Assembly (NCBI GenBank): GCA_028534125.1
Contig: CM052816.1
Span: forward strand, 18,974,001 to 19,038,000
DNA from: Lama glama
Lineage: Eukaryota
Length of the DNA stretch: 64,000 nucleotides
Direction of reading: 5' to 3'
Of this stretch, positions 63,617 through 64,000 are shown piece after piece. Positions within the stretch are counted from its first letter, which is position 1, and each line of letters starts with the position of its first letter. The notes below the pieces were generated by a model that made no database searches, had not been told where the DNA came from, and saw only the letters and a program-made list of their open reading frames with translations. A program made the translations under genes and the position numbers.

Positions 63617-64000
63617 ATGGAGAAGCCCCTCACGGTTCTGTGGGTGAGCCTGCACCACCCCACGCCGGGCCTGGCCACCTTTGCCAACGTCCCACAGCGG
63701 CTGCAGCATGACACCAGCCCGCTGCTGGTGGGCCGGGGCCCGGACGCCCACCTCCGGCTGGAGCTCCCGCACCTCTCCCGCCGGCACCTGTCGCTGGAGC
63801 CGTACCTGGAGAAGGGCGGCACCCTGCTGACCTTCAACCTGAAGGCCCTGAGCCGCAAGAGCTGCGTGTGGGTCAATGGGCTGACATTGAGGTTCCTGGA
63901 GCAGGTTCCCCTGAGCACCATCAGCAGGATCGCCTTCTCTGGCATCCAGATGGTGGTGCACATTGAAGGAGGCACCTCCCTTGAGGCCTTTGTCTGCTGC
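63617..64000 (+). CDS. TIFAB: TRAF-interacting protein with FHA domain B (5' partial, 128 codons, continues beyond window)
   Basis: Hand translation, open to the window edge: MEKPLTVLWVSLHHPTPGLATFANVPQRLQHDTSPLLVGRGPDAHLRLELPHLSRRHLSLEPYLEKGGTLLTFNLKALSRKSCVWVNGLTLRFLEQVPLSTISRIAFSGIQMVVHIEGGTSLEAFVCC. Closely matches human TIFAB as I recall it (MEKPLTVLRVSLYHPTLG...QHDTSPLLLGRG...SRRHLSLEPYLEKG...). FHA hallmark motifs GR, SxxH and NG are present; GC3-rich codon usage. Confidence 0.97.
   Translation, partial: MEKPLTVLWVSLHHPTPGLATFANVPQRLQHDTSPLLVGRGPDAHLRLELPHLSRRHLSLEPYLEKGGTLLTFNLKALSRKSCVWVNGLTLRFLEQVPLSTISRIAFSGIQMVVHIEGGTSLEAFVCC

Noticed and set aside
63542..63975. Two minus-strand ORFs (139 and 141 aa)
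   Set aside because: Antisense shadows of the GC-rich TIFAB CDS; no protein resemblance.
1..64000. CRISPR arrays, operons, tRNA/rRNA genes, NEUROG1 or DCANP1 coding sequence, or a novel multi-gene system
   Set aside because: The sequence is mammalian intergenic DNA. I saw no repeat-spacer array, structural RNA gene or bHLH coding region. NEUROG1 and the DCANP1-equivalent region are expected outside the window.

Overview
Mammalian non-coding genomic DNA, with a large share made of ancient interspersed repeats (MIR, L2, L1M, MLT1, ERVL LTRs, hAT/Tigger MITEs). The only protein-coding sequence I can support is the 5' part of TIFAB (FHA-domain protein) on the + strand. It starts at ATG 63617 and runs off the right edge, which is probably why the ORF track misses it. 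A probable non-coding exon 1 and a myeloid-type ETS/RUNX promoter lie at about 61.3-61.5 kb. By known mammalian synteny (NEUROG1-TIFAB-MACROH2A1), the rest is probably the gene-free interval 3' of NEUROG1. That interval holds an orphan CpG island (about 18.7-20.9 kb), several repeat-free clusters rich in developmental TF motifs, and a near-perfect CTCF site about 3 kb upstream of TIFAB. A short young L1 tail, together with the apparent absence of Alu, B1/B2, Bov-A/tA, PRE-1, SINEC and ERE SINEs, suggests a camelid (inference). The best sequence-level observations are: a ~200 bp retroposed mRNA 3' end with TSD inside an old L1; a 135-bp twin-primed (inverted) L1 insertion with a perfect 17-bp TSD; tandem splice donors that could toggle a TIFAB uORF versus an N-terminal extension; and the enhancer/insulator architecture. 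I found no evidence of a novel multi-gene system. Repeat subfamily names come from memory of consensus sequences, and repeat boundaries are approximate.
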